This document shows, piece by piece, positions 1-13,450 of a DNA stretch of 64,000 nt (its first letter is position 1; every line of letters starts with the position of its first letter). The notes under the pieces are model-generated. The model was not told where the DNA came from. It did not search any database and saw only the letters and a program-made list of their open reading frames with translations. Location of the stretch: contig OX597816.1 in assembly GCA_951406725.2 (NCBI GenBank), forward strand, positions 32,364,001 to 32,428,000. The letters run 5' to 3'. A program made the translations under genes and the position numbers. This stretch comes from Octopus vulgaris. Its lineage: Eukaryota.

Positions 1-188
1 ATTCGTTCTTCGCAACACTGGACAGCATTCAGATATGATCGATCCGATTGCTATAAAAATGATAATTCTTTCGAAATTGGCGCGCTAAACACAAATTGTC
101 GTTTATGCAAATCTTTAATATTTACTCCACAAATATTTTGTCGTCAATGCTGTACTTTCCTGTGTGACTTGTTTTGTCATAACTGTGT

Positions 189-190
<2 letters not shown>

Positions 191-277
<87 letters not shown>
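191..277. repeat. (AT)n microsatellite
   Basis: Pure AT dinucleotide run; source of the YIYI ORF at 164..466. Confidence 0.98.
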
Positions 278-279
<2 letters not shown>

Positions 280-1859
280 TGTTTTAATCCCAAGCAATAC
301 CGAGTTTCTCTATGATATCGATATGATATCGATTCACTTTTGTTCTTTTACTTTCAATTCTAAAGTGATACGACTAAAATATTGTTTCACTTTCAATTCT
401 AACGTGAAAACACTAACATCATCTTACTTTACACAACATACCGTTCAATTACCAGTAAATAATTAACGCAGCAATTGTAAGGTTGCAAGATAATTACAAT
501 ATATATTACCCCTTAAATAACATTTAATACACGCGCTATATATAATATATAATTCACCGTTTCTCTGTCTGCCTGAATCCAATGCATTCTCAAACTTCTT
601 CACCAAATAAAATCAAATTTTACAAGGTAACATAATAAGACCCCGCGAGTGTCAACATGTAATTTCTTTTCCTTTCCATTAAAACAATACGATATTTTAT
701 TGACATAATGTTTCTATAGTCAAATCTAGCACAAGACAATGACGTCAATGTCACATTTTTTATATCGTGTGTATGTGCTTCTCAGTGTATGCTTGTGAGT
801 ATGTGAGAGTGCATGTGTCTGTTGGTGTATGTTTCCTCGTTTGACGACGACATCCCATTTTGTATATGATTGTCTATATATATTTGAGTGTATGCGTGCG
901 TATGTGTCTGAGTGTGCGTGTGTGTTTCCGCGTTAGGTATGCTATTCAACCCACTCACACACAGACACACATATCTACATGTACATATACATATGTGATG
1001 ACGGGCATGCCTCATTGTATACCTGTGCATATCTGTCTTACTATATAGTTTTACACTCCACAACTGTCAACATGCCATTCTCTTTCATTTCGATTAAAAC
1101 AATATAGCATTTCATAAACAATCTTGCTTTTGTCAACTATAGTACGAGTAGTTTTATATAAGTGTATATATGATTATGTATGAGTTTGCGCGTCCAATAC
1201 GTACGTGATAATAAAGGACATTTTATAGTACGACGGAGACGCCACATACAATGCGTCTGAGAGTGTATGCGTTTGCGTGTATTAATGTGTATGTCGCTCT
1301 GAATGTGTGTTTTTCTGTGTCAGGTGCGTTAGTAAATATACGCACATATCTACAAAAAGATTTACACATTTGACCACTGACCTGCGTGAATTTATGCCTG
1401 TAGGTGACTCTTTTGCTCTATGTATGTGACAGTCAGTGCGATTGTATGTGTTTGTATCGTCAAATTTTGTATATTAATATAAATATGTGTCTTTGAGTGT
1501 GTGTTTGCGCGCTTATTACGTACATTATTAGACACACACACGCATACATCTACACATTCATATACACATGTGATGAGAACAGCTGGAGGTGAAACTCTTG
1601 ACAAGAACCAATTACGTGGCAAGTCCAAGTTATATAACATACAAATCTACCATTCAATTAATATTCCATAATCATCGCAGAATTTGCAATGTTGCAAGTT
1701 AGTTACAATTTGCTTATATGTAAACAAAACTATAGACACACGACCAACATACAGCTGCTTTAAAAGGTAGAGTCTGCATCAAAAGGAAGATGAGATTTTC
1801 TCAAGTCCAGCAAAGGCAAACTGCAACACATGAGATAGTATCTTAATTCTCGGTAACGT

Positions 1860-2220
1860 GAAGGCTTTTCAAATTAGACCTCACATATCGTTCCAGCAGG
1901 GTCGGGTAGCTTCTCATACCGCAAGACAAACAATGCAGTTGCTACGGCAGTACTTTGGGGAGAGAATAATATCCCGCTACAGCAATGTCATCATCTCGCC
2001 TTCGTATTCTCCGGACTTGACTAGCCAGGATAGTTCTTTTTGTTAGGATACCGGGAAGAGAGGGTTTACATCAATAAACCGGCGACCCTGGTGCAACTGG
2101 AGGAGAATGTCAAGAGAGAAATCAGAAAAGTGTAATCAAAGGATGTTATGGTACACGTTTTGGTAAGAGTAAGGGCTTGCTAAACCAAAAGTTTTAAGCG
2201 ATGTCATTTTTCATATGTGT
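1860..2220 (+). mobile_element. Tc1/mariner transposase C-terminal remnant
   Basis: Translates FQQGRVASHTA...YFGERIISR...SPSYSPDLTSQD, then in another frame GY.EERVYINKPATL. Matches the FQQDxAxxH and SPDL motifs of IS630/Tc1/mariner DDE domains; frameshifted. Confidence 0.8.
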
Positions 2221-2400
2221 GCAAAATTTGACACGTGCATATTAATTTCCATTATGTCCTTTATTTTGCGTTAAATGTTCATGCATTTATTTGTAAATTT
2301 AAGGAAGTTATCAAAAAAAACCAACATAAACCGTGTGTATACACAAATATATGTGTGTGTGTACACAAATAAATATATACATACATATATATATATACAT

Positions 2401-4217
2401 ATATTTACAGTCATTTCCAAAAAATAGTGTTGGATGTTTTGCACCCGTATCAAATTATGTGTATGTGTGGAACCATACCCGTCTCATACGTCTACAAGAA
2501 CTTAAGGACACATTAACAATCAGGGATTACCCCACGTCACTAATTGACAATGGGATCCAACGCGCCCTAAAACTCAGCAGACAGGAACGTAGACGCCCTA
2601 AACCTGTTACATCGAAAACCCATACTCTACCATACATCTCTACACACAACCCTCTCAACAATGAAGCTTTTGGCACCATCCTCCAGAACATTCCTGTATT
2701 AAAAAAGGACCATAGAATGAACCAAATCCTCCTAACACACGAAATCATAAAGAACGAAAGGCAGCCCAAATCATTGAAATCCATCCTAACAAATTCCAAA
2801 GTACTGCCAACCACAACAACTAAACGTACAGTAAACAAATGCAATAGACCCAACTGTGGTATATGCGTCAACCTAATAGAAGGTACGGAATTCCTTTTTA
2901 AACAAGGACAACGTTTCACAGTAAAACAACTTCACATGCGCATCAGAAACTTAGTATATGTCTTAACTTGCTCGGGCTGTAATGAACACTACATAGGCCA
3001 AACTAAAAATAGCCTCCGCCAACGCATGACTGTCTACAGATCCCAAATAAAAATACAGGAATACAGAAAAATACCACTTAGGGCACATATTGATACCTGT
3101 GCCGCACAACCTCATCCCAATTTTAGAATCTTTCCCCTCTTCAAATTTAAAGACAATGCCACTCATACCCAGCGAATAACCATGGAATCCCACCTTATTA
3201 ATAAATACAGACCACTTCTAAACACATCCCCCTAAAACGAACACACAACAAACACACTTACACCTGCACACACCCTACACACACTTTTATCCAGATATTA
3301 ACACCATGACACACACAAATATATGGTTCCACACATACACATAATTTGATACGGGTGCAAAACATCCAACACTATTTTTTCGAAATGACTGTAAATATTG
3401 ACTTGACACAAACACGTTGCTTCCCGATACAGGCACAAGGCCAGCAGAACTATAAATATTGAAAATTGTACCCACACACGCACACATACACCGCGCGCGC
3501 CCCAACATACGTATATACACACACAAACACACGCAAACACACACACACACGCGCACACATACATACATATAGCTCTTCCTGTCCTAGACTAACTTACTTT
3601 TCCAGCTCAAATTCAGTCAAGCGGAAAATACACTCCTTAACTACGCGCTAAAATGATATTCAAAATATCCACATGACGTCTACTGACCAGCCTGAACAAT
3701 AATTTTCAACAACGCTATTTTCGAAATCTCCATACACCACCCACATCAACATTAATTCTAAACATTCACGTGACCTCTCTATTAGGACCACATTCACGTG
3801 ACATCTTTATTATGAACAAGTTGAAATTTTAGGCGCGATACTAGCCAAATTTTAACATCTCTGGAGCCTATTTTCTTACCCCAACACCAACTTCCATTCA
3901 AACATTCACGTGACCCCTTTATAATGACCAATCAAAATTGTATTAAACCAAGCAAATCTTAAACAAATCTGGAGCCTCTTTTTTCACATATAAGAGACAG
4001 CAAACCCAACATAAAGTCAGATAAGAGAAAAAAATCAATCAGAAAGGAACTCTATCTCACTCAAAATATCTTTTGATAAGCATAACAAATGCGCAACCGG
4101 CAAAAAGAACATTTACCTAATTAAATACATTCTCTCTTACTTAAATTATTTTGTCAGCATTTTCTTCATTTCCTTTTTTTATATATCACAACTCGTGTTC
4201 CACATCTCCTTTTGTAA

Positions 4218-4218
<1 letters not shown>
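2401..4218 (+). mobile_element. 5'-truncated Penelope-like element (probably Neptune clade) with inverted 5' pLTR fragment
   Basis: GIY-YIG coding remnant 2478-3235; 77-bp inverted repeat 2401-2477/3322-3398; long 3' non-coding region with a degenerate HHR-like motif near 4068-4110; both ends abut (TA)n. Confidence 0.85.
2478..3235 (+). pseudogene. PLE RT C-terminus/linker plus GIY-YIG endonuclease (decayed)
   Basis: ORF 2333..3235: RDYPTSLID (thumb end), LPYISTHNP, RQPKSLKSILT, Cys-rich linker CNRPNCGIC, NLVYVLTCSGCNEHYIGQT (GIY-YIG), RQRM, MESHLINKYRPLLN. The N-terminal 48 aa come from microsatellite and inverted-repeat DNA. Confidence 0.9.
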
Positions 4219-4272
<54 letters not shown>

Positions 4273-4516
4273 ATTACGCACACACAAACACGTACAAACC
4301 CATATGCATCAGGAGCGAAAAATGTGAAATAGGAAATATTGTGACAATGCGAATATTGTCACAAAACCTTTGTATTTCAGGCGCAAATGCCGATCCCCTG
4401 AAGAAAAATCAGTCTATGTAATGTCTAGCGTCATGTTAGAAACAGCAGTCACTCTCAAAATATTTATGTACGGTTGATGTAAACAAACTTCAGACTGTTG
4501 GATGATGTGACCGCAT

Positions 4517-4950
<434 letters not shown>

Positions 4951-5169
4951 GACTTATAAATTACCCTTCATATTGGTTCTGGCAAATTTTCAGGCCCTTC
5001 CCATCCGTATATCACAATACTTGGTATGGATCTTTCTTTCTTTCTTTTTTTTTTAAGGGATGAAATAGATTTCAAGGATCTCCTAAGAGATGTGTATGTT
5101 GACATCAGGAGATTTTTACCAGTGTTCCTAGGTTTCAAAATGATAGAAATAATGGTTTCAGATTTTTGC

Positions 5170-5310
5170 ACAAGACAAGCGGTGTTGTGGAACAGGTAAA
5201 GCAAGTTGATTACATCGACCCCATTGCCCGATCGATTCCGAAGGGGTGAAAGGTAAAGTCAACTTAGGTGGTACATAAAGATGGATGCTGTTAAGCATTT
5301 TGCCCGATGC
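5170..5310 (-). mobile_element. Degenerate SINE family A fragment
   Basis: gttgattacatcgacccc...gaaaggtaaagtcaac...aagcattttgcccg resembles the copies at 23.5 and 61.1 kb. Confidence 0.6.
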
Positions 5311-6894
5311 CCAAATACCTGAATATTAACATGGTACTCTGAAAATATTGGACTCTGTACTATATACGGTTAATACTGATATAAAACCTTTTCTGTGAAG
5401 AGGCTATCAGCACTTATAAAATTATTGAGTTGAGAAGATAGTATAAGCGCACTCATCGTTATGGTTCATTCACATTTCTGAATTTCCGGATATATTTTGT
5501 GCCCTCTTGCACAATAAAGTATTGCTTGGAAAATTATAACACAAGATATTCTTGTTGCAATTTCATCAAGGAGATGCAGATTAGTAAAATAATTTGAAAA
5601 TCAATATAGATATCTATTGTATAAAGCTAAGGCTATATCCCACATTAAAATAGTTTTTATACATTTTTCTTGAAACATTAAATGCTTAATGATCGAGGAA
5701 TATTTTGTGAAATTTCGTATTCTTTCGCCAGCCTATGAACATTTCAGTATAATCCAGACGGTTGAAACGAAAACAATTAAATTTCTCGCAATTCAAAGTA
5801 GATGTACGTGGTTCCTTACTGTGTTAGTGACTATCATAGTTAAAATAATAAGTTCTTTTTAGAAGCAACGCTAAGTTGAAAAACACAGGAACCACGGCAG
5901 AGACATTTTCTACATTTAATGTGTAATATTCTGTGAACCACTTTCCATAATATTAAAATGAATATGAATGTTCAAAGAGTTATCGGTTTTATAGATCTGG
6001 ATAAAAATTCCAAATGTTAAAATTATCTGTGGAAAAAATAAATCGTGAACATGCTAGCGAATTTGGAATTCCATGATCTACTATTACTTAACCTCATAAA
6101 GAAAAAGAAAATTTATGCACCACATTGAGAAGTCAAAGTATGTATAGACAAAATTCAACTGCCCTCTTTTAAATGCTGAAGCGAAAAAAATAATTTTCAT
6201 GATTTGAGAGAATGATGTTGTGATCTTCAAAGTGAAACGAAACTTATTAAAGCGTTGAACTATGACTAATTCTTATTTCGATGGATGTTGTAAATTGGTT
6301 TGCATCTTTTTATGAATCCTCCTAATAGGTGTCTACATTGTAAATTATTTTTTATGTCAACCAATGCCAAATGTCTATGCAGAAAAGCTTATTCAATTCC
6401 AACATATTATCGGTTCATAAAAATTAAAATATTTACTCAATGGTAAAGAATTTCCAACAAATTGACATGCATATTCACGTCTTAACATTCAAATAGGTGG
6501 CTAAATTACACCCAAATACTTTTAAGTGGCTGCGGTTCAAAGCTTCAATGGTCAAATCAAAATTTAACATATATCACAAATTCAAATAATTAATTAAACT
6601 CAATGCAAAGTCTATTCCAATAAGAGTTGTTACTGATAAATACGCAAGGATAACAATTTGTTTTATTGTGAAGTGTCTAAGTCTACATTGGATCAATGAT
6701 TATATCCAATCCAATATGGCCTAAGTGGAATTTAAACTCGGATCATAAAGCTCTACAGTAAATTTTGAAAGACGTTTCCCACACACGCACAGTTATGATA
6801 ATCTATGAAATTCATGGATTACGATGAAAAAATCAATTATTTAATTTATCAAAAACATTCTTTACAGCGTTATTACGGCCATGCAATTCATATA

Positions 6895-7045
6895 CTCTTT
6901 TATTCTTTTTCTTGTTTCAGTCATTTGATTGCGGCCATGCTGGGGCACCGCCTTTAGTCGAGCAACTCGACCCCGGGACTTATTCTTTGTAAACCCAGCA
7001 CTTATTCTATAGGTCTCTTTTGCCGAACCGCTAAGTGGCGTCAAG
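6895..7045 (-). mobile_element. SINE family B, 3' portion
   Basis: cttgtttcagtcatttga..gcggccatgctggggcaccgcctttagtcgagcaactcgacccc aligns with 34095-34215. Confidence 0.85.
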
Positions 7046-7305
7046 CATATATAAAAGCATATATTTAATATCTTTATACGTAGTCGTCTATTGTGAAAGT
7101 CACACGTATAACTGCAGTACAGTACAACTTACGTTCTTTCTAATTAGAATATCTGATTTAGTTATAAACTCCAAAAACTGACATAACAAACAACGCGGGA
7201 AACGTAAATAAGCACCAACAACTAATCTACAAATATAGATTTGTTGAAAGAATTGTAGAGATTACTAACGATTCTCATATCATCCATCTTTTGCCTTTCA
7301 GAAAT

Positions 7306-7559
<254 letters not shown>

Positions 7560-7599
7560 GGGTGCTGTGAAAGCGCTGTCGTCTGAATCATGCAAAATT

Positions 7600-8650
7600 G
7601 AAAATATCACTAAAACCTCATTTTAACAGATATATTTACCAAAATTACATAAATATAACTTGAAATACTATTAAGTAAATTTATTCAATAAAATTGCCTT
7701 CATCTTCGGCCTCCAGACGACTTCGGAATCTCCTGCAACTCTTCTGACCTTCTGAAAAGTCACCTTTTTAAGTCGGCGAATGCTGCAGTAATGCTTGTCC
7801 TCAGTTCATCTTCCGAGTTTGTTGGTCTCTCGCTCAACTGTGCCCCACATGTAATAATTAAGGAGGCTGAACTCTGCGGAGTTAGATGGTCAGATGTTAG
7901 GTGTGATGTGACCGAAGAAAATATCTAACAGTCATGATTGTGTGACATGGTGCAGAATTCTGTTGCCAAACATACGGTCTTCTGTCATCCAGTCTTTTCA
8001 CCCAGGACAGCACTATCTGATCCAGGCACTTGATGTACTCCTCCGGAAAGATGAATGGAGGTATAACGTCACCATCACTAGTAATCACTTGAAACACCAT
8101 CATGTAGCCTGGGTGTTTGATCTTTATTAGTCTCGGTACATGTTTTGAGGACTAGGCAACATAATGGTTGTTGCATGTGGGTTCACCATCTCATTCTGAC
8201 GGAGTTTGTTCTCTTCTAAAAAAGCAAGGCATGTTCGGTTGGTGAGGATGCATGAGATTCTTGTAAGCTTCATAGTGGGGTTCTTCGTTTATGCTTGAGG
8301 TCTTGGGATAAAGATTGGTCGTCCCTCATCTTCTATGAGGAATAACGTGTGCCTCCGTGCACTACGAGTCTGAGAAGCTCAGACATTTCCATGTCTCTTA
8401 TGATGAAGCTGATTCATTTGGAGGGATCGTCCTCAATCATGGCCTAGATCTCACCAAAAAATGTAGGAGTACTTTACTTATCGAAACTATGTGAGTGAGA
8501 TTTCTGAGCTACCGTAATATCGTAATCACCATTAGATTATTACAACTCTTTTCGAATCCTTTGAAATAGTGTATGAGATAAGAAATTGCTCCTGGCTCGC
8601 ATTAGACGTGAAGTTGAAAATACTGTTGGGCCCATAACACTGCATGGATA
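7600..8650 (-). mobile_element. Tc1/mariner-superfamily (maT/DD37D-like) transposase remnant
   Basis: ORF 7897..8103 MVFQVITSDGDVIPPFIFP...YVWQQNSAPCHT, followed by a PSNSAEFSLLNYYMWG-like reading (the WPPxSPDxNPxDYxxWG motif); many stops. Confidence 0.75.
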
Positions 8651-8768
8651 CTAAGTGAATCATGCGTAATTTTGAATGAAATCGGTTGGGTAGTTCTTGA
8701 TTTTTAAGGATTCACATAGATAGACTCACAGACACACATATTCTTAGTTTTATATATTAAGATATGCA

Positions 8769-8916
<148 letters not shown>

Positions 8917-9399
8917 GATATATATAGATATATGTGTGTGTATGTGCATATGTATAAATAGCCAAATCAAATACGCAAGGATTCAGCGAATCGATTAGAA
9001 ATAACATGAGGACGTGCATGTGTTATGTATAAACCTGACGCGTTTTGAAAGGAGAGAGTTAGACGTTTTGATTATTGCGCTTTGTCGGTAACGAGAAAGA
9101 GGAGGGTCCAAATAAGGAAAACAAATTGCCATCTGCACACGTGTAGCTACCCTCCTCCACAAGCACACATACACACACATACACACACGCACACTCACTC
9201 ATACATATACGCACACCTTTATAATTATAAATATATTACAGTATCGCATTTTGTCGAGGACCACCAGAAGGTATTATATACCGCTAGTCAAAATGCGCTT
9301 CAAATTCTGCGTTGTTTGCGGCATTATTTTCCGTCTTAACACGAATTGCTTAACAAAATGCCCTACCTTCCAAAATGGATGCCATCAAAGTTGTATTCT

Positions 9400-9650
9400 T
9401 AAACACTTGAACGATTCGTAACAACACAGGGCCACCTGTTGTCTGTGAATCTTGTGACATGTACGGCATAGCGACGCCAGTTCTATTAGTACTCTCTGAT
9501 CACAACATTCATTCCACTCGAAGTATCTCGTTGAGAGTAAGTTCCTTTATTGATAAACATAGCATGAATCTTTCCATGGTGTTTTGCATCATGACGAATC
9601 TTCGTTCAATCCACTTAAGAATAGCTCTCGTCTCACAGGTTGCGATTAGA
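9400..9650 (-). mobile_element. RTE-clade LINE C-terminal remnant
   Basis: Minus strand reads TMERFML...NEILR, then YAVHVTRFTDNRW, resembling the RTE xMERxML...WAGHVxRxxDxRW motifs. Confidence 0.6.
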
Positions 9651-10598
9651 TGATATCAACTTTTCTCACCAATAAATAGAAACAGAAATGAAGCAAAAAA
9701 CAGCAAAATATTTCCGGTTCATAAACGTGTTTCCGTTTCATAATACACCAACAGTGAATTTTAACTTTTCTTCACTCATTTTCTAAATGTATCTTCATCT
9801 ATAAACTAATTTTGCTCTAGACTGTATGCCGAATTGTAACCACGAGGAAAAAATATGTTCTCACCGTTCTTTATATTAGCAGCAATCGTTGCTCAGAGAA
9901 TGCAAAACCTTGGAACGTGTTACACGAATAACATAGAAAATTCCCAAAATTTCACCTTAATCCCTAAACCGATCGATACTTAGGTGAAATTGTCATTTAT
10001 TTGAACATCCTTAGGGCGTATTAAACAATACCATAATGGAAAAAGTGGGACAAATGCCTCAATTTTTATTGCATCTTCTTCGAGTAGCTTTGAAATGACT
10101 GTGATGAAAGTATTCTAAAATTCACCTGAAGGATTTTTATTTGTGACTTTATCTTCAGCATCCACAAGGAGGGACACGGATGTACTGTAATTTGCATTCA
10201 CACGAAAAATGTCTGAATTCGATAAATTACAATACTTAGAGTATTTTTGCATATTTTAAAGTATTTGTGGAGGCAGAAGACGTTGTCACAGAAGAAAAAG
10301 AGCATGCTCGAAAAGTCGTATTTTCGAATAATTTCATCTCAGTCATTTAAAAGGTACCCGAAGATAATGCAAAGGAAACTGTATTTCATAGATAATAAAT
10401 AGAGGTGTTTTTTTACCATTTGTTTCATTTTTCGTTGCAGTTGAGGAGAGAAAATAACTCTATTGCATATATATTTTTTATACATACATACAAAAATATA
10501 CATATATGTATGTATGCATACACACACACACATATATATATGTATTTATATATATATATATATATATATACATATGTATATATTTATATATATATATG

Positions 10599-10648
<50 letters not shown>

Positions 10649-10656
10649 TATATCTA

Positions 10657-10721
<65 letters not shown>

Positions 10722-10730
10722 ATGTATATA

Positions 10731-11128
10731 CGAGCAAAATGCCCCCGTCCAATGGACGGTGCTGCGTTGTTATACATTAAACCAAATTTTTTTCCAAACA
10801 ACTTGTTCGACTGATTTAACCAAAATTTGAGACACCAGGAAAAGAAGAAATAAGGATAGACTTTTTTCTATTCCAAAGTTAAACCATTTTATTCACCCAA
10901 CGCTTAGTATCGATCGCAACAGCTGATGTACTTGCGCGTACAAATGCACATTACCACGGCTTTATCGACCACATCCTCACCTGGAATCGATGTTTGTAAT
11001 TTTTTTCAAGACTTATACACACCATGATACCATCGGTATCTATATATCAAATTTGAGCGCAATCGGATGGAGGATGACCGAGATCCTAGAAGGCACAGAA
11101 ACAGACAGAGAGAACGGATTTTATATAA
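10731..11128 (-). mobile_element. Short non-autonomous Helitron-like element
   Basis: Perfect hairpin CCGTCC-AAT-GGACGG (10745-10759) lies 10 nt from a minus-strand CTCG|T end (one mismatch from CTAG|T). The other end reads TATATAAAATCC..TCTGTCTGT on the minus strand. Flanked by TA-rich microsatellites. Confidence 0.6.
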
Positions 11129-11129
11129 T

Positions 11130-11450
<321 letters not shown>

Positions 11451-12661
11451 GCATAAAAGATGGAAGTGGAAAGGGAACAGAATGAAATCTAAGACATTTC
11501 AATTCAGAAAGACTTTAAGAAAATTACTTAAAAATGATATAAAGGAAGTATAAATTATTGCCGGTTTAGATTATGAATTTTGTCTCATCAAATATTTAAA
11601 AAAAAGCGTTCTAAAAATTTGGCGTAAAAATAGCTTATCTTCTGTTTGATGGTGAAAAGATATCTGGAGTATTTTCGTTGAAATTTTCTTTAAATGATTT
11701 GGCATAGAGTAAGATGTTACAGAGAAAGAGAGGCGTTTTGGTACTCTATGGTCTAAAAAAAAACAGCTATGGGTTCATGCTAAATGATAGGCTTAAATGC
11801 ATATATATATATATTGAATGGGTTTTATGCCCAACTGTGTGTGAGTATTCTGTTGAATTTGTGTTTGTGTTTTGTGGTACACACCCATACACACACACAT
11901 ATACATATATATATGTAACCAAATACATACGCACATACATAAAGAGATACAAAAAAATGTTCTTGATTGTTAATTATTATATGTATCACTGTCAAATCGT
12001 GATATATTTCTAAGTTCTACAACCTACTTAACCAAGTGATTATTGGCTTTAAAATGAATTTCCTAGCCCGCAAAACGTCTATAAAGCATCGTTTTTATGT
12101 CATAGTCTTTATATGCCACCATAAAATATAACTGTATTATTAGAGGTTCAAATTAGTAGTAATAAAAGTAATAATTTTTTAAATAAATCTACATTAATAT
12201 ATTTTGTAATGTTTATTTAATGAGAAAAAGAAACTGAGGGGATATTTATATATTAATAACCGAATATTACATTACATGCTTAGAACAGCAATCGTCTTTT
12301 GAATATTATTTTCCCTATTCTGTCTTCTTTATTGGAAATTCAATTCAGTATAGAAGCTGTTACGGCTTGTCACACACATAAGCAAATACGCTCAAACATA
12401 CACGCACACACACACAAACACACACACACACAGAAATACAGATGTGTGCAGGCGGGTCGTACACTGGAAAATTTTGTCAACATGCAGCTTTATATTGAAA
12501 TACATATTTTTGTGAGATGATTCCACTTATGGTATTAAGCATTACAGAACGTGTGGATATCTAATCATCAAGCATAAGTTTTCATTGAGATATGATTTGG
12601 GCATGGAAATGACGTAAACAGTTAAAATTAAAACAAATATAAATAAAACGTAAAATTGCTT

Positions 12662-12756
<95 letters not shown>

Positions 12757-12787
12757 TATTGATATATATATATATATATTTATTTAT

Positions 12788-13450
12788 TTATAATAAAGGG
12801 TTAATTGCAACAAGTTGCTCAAAACCACATACCGAAAATATTAGAAATCGCAGCCAAATTGATCGCTATTTCTCCTACTATTAAAAAAGTCTCCGCAAAC
12901 AAAGATAATTTGTAACCCGTATATGGCTAAACGAAAGAAAATAACGAAATCTCAGCCCATGGATTAATTATAGACGAATAGACGAACCGTTTCTGGATTA
13001 TATAAATGTGGGGATGCTAGCAGTCCGTCAGATCGTTCCATGTCGCTGGTTGGGCCGGTGTGACGAGTAAATTTTTTATCCCTAGCATTTCCAGATTTAT
13101 AGGAAATATTATATTGACAAGGAAATGAGCCTTCGACTCTAATACAGAAACGGCTCGTCGATTTGTCTATAATTAATCCATAGGCTGAGATTTCGTTATT
13201 TTCTTTCGTTTTGGCATATACGGGTTACAAATTCTGTTTGTTTGCGGGGACTTTTTTAATAGTAGGAGGAATAGCGATGAATTTGGCTGGTATTTATAAT
13301 ATTTTCGGTATGTGGTTTTGAGCAACTTGTTGCAATTAACCCTTTACTATAATTAATATAATCCTTACCAAATATGATATTTTCCATACCGATAAATCTA
13401 CTAGGTGAAATTTATTAATTTTATTAAATTAATTACATTTCACCCTTTTT
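12788..13450 (+). mobile_element. PLE pLTR-like non-coding element with a ~210-bp inverted duplication
   Basis: Arms 12788-13000 and 13140-13352 are reverse complements (roughly 90% identical by eye); 13250-13450 is homologous to 16370-16565; flanked by (TA)n. Confidence 0.7.

Noticed and set aside
2333-3235. 300-aa ORF as a functional or domesticated nuclease gene
   Set aside because: The start lies in microsatellite/inverted-repeat DNA, the copy is 5'-truncated, and it has compensating frameshifts and a substituted conserved His.
3346-3400. Possible hammerhead TTGATAC...CGAAATGACTGTA within the inverted arm
   Set aside because: Core and stems I/III are too degenerate to support.
3750-3990. 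CRISPR-like repeat-spacer array
   Set aside because: Only three short repeats with irregular spacing, related spacers, eukaryotic context and no cas genes.
5460-5600. Minus-strand NYFTNLHLLDE resembling the piggyBac DN(F/Y)FT motif
   Set aside because: Single short match with no other piggyBac motifs or TTAA/TIR evidence.
9980-10340. Possible minus-strand host exon (ag|ACATTTTTCG...CCTTCAG|gtgaat near 10125-10212)
   Set aside because: No recognisable protein and no partner exons; splice-like dinucleotides are expected by chance. RNA-seq would be needed.
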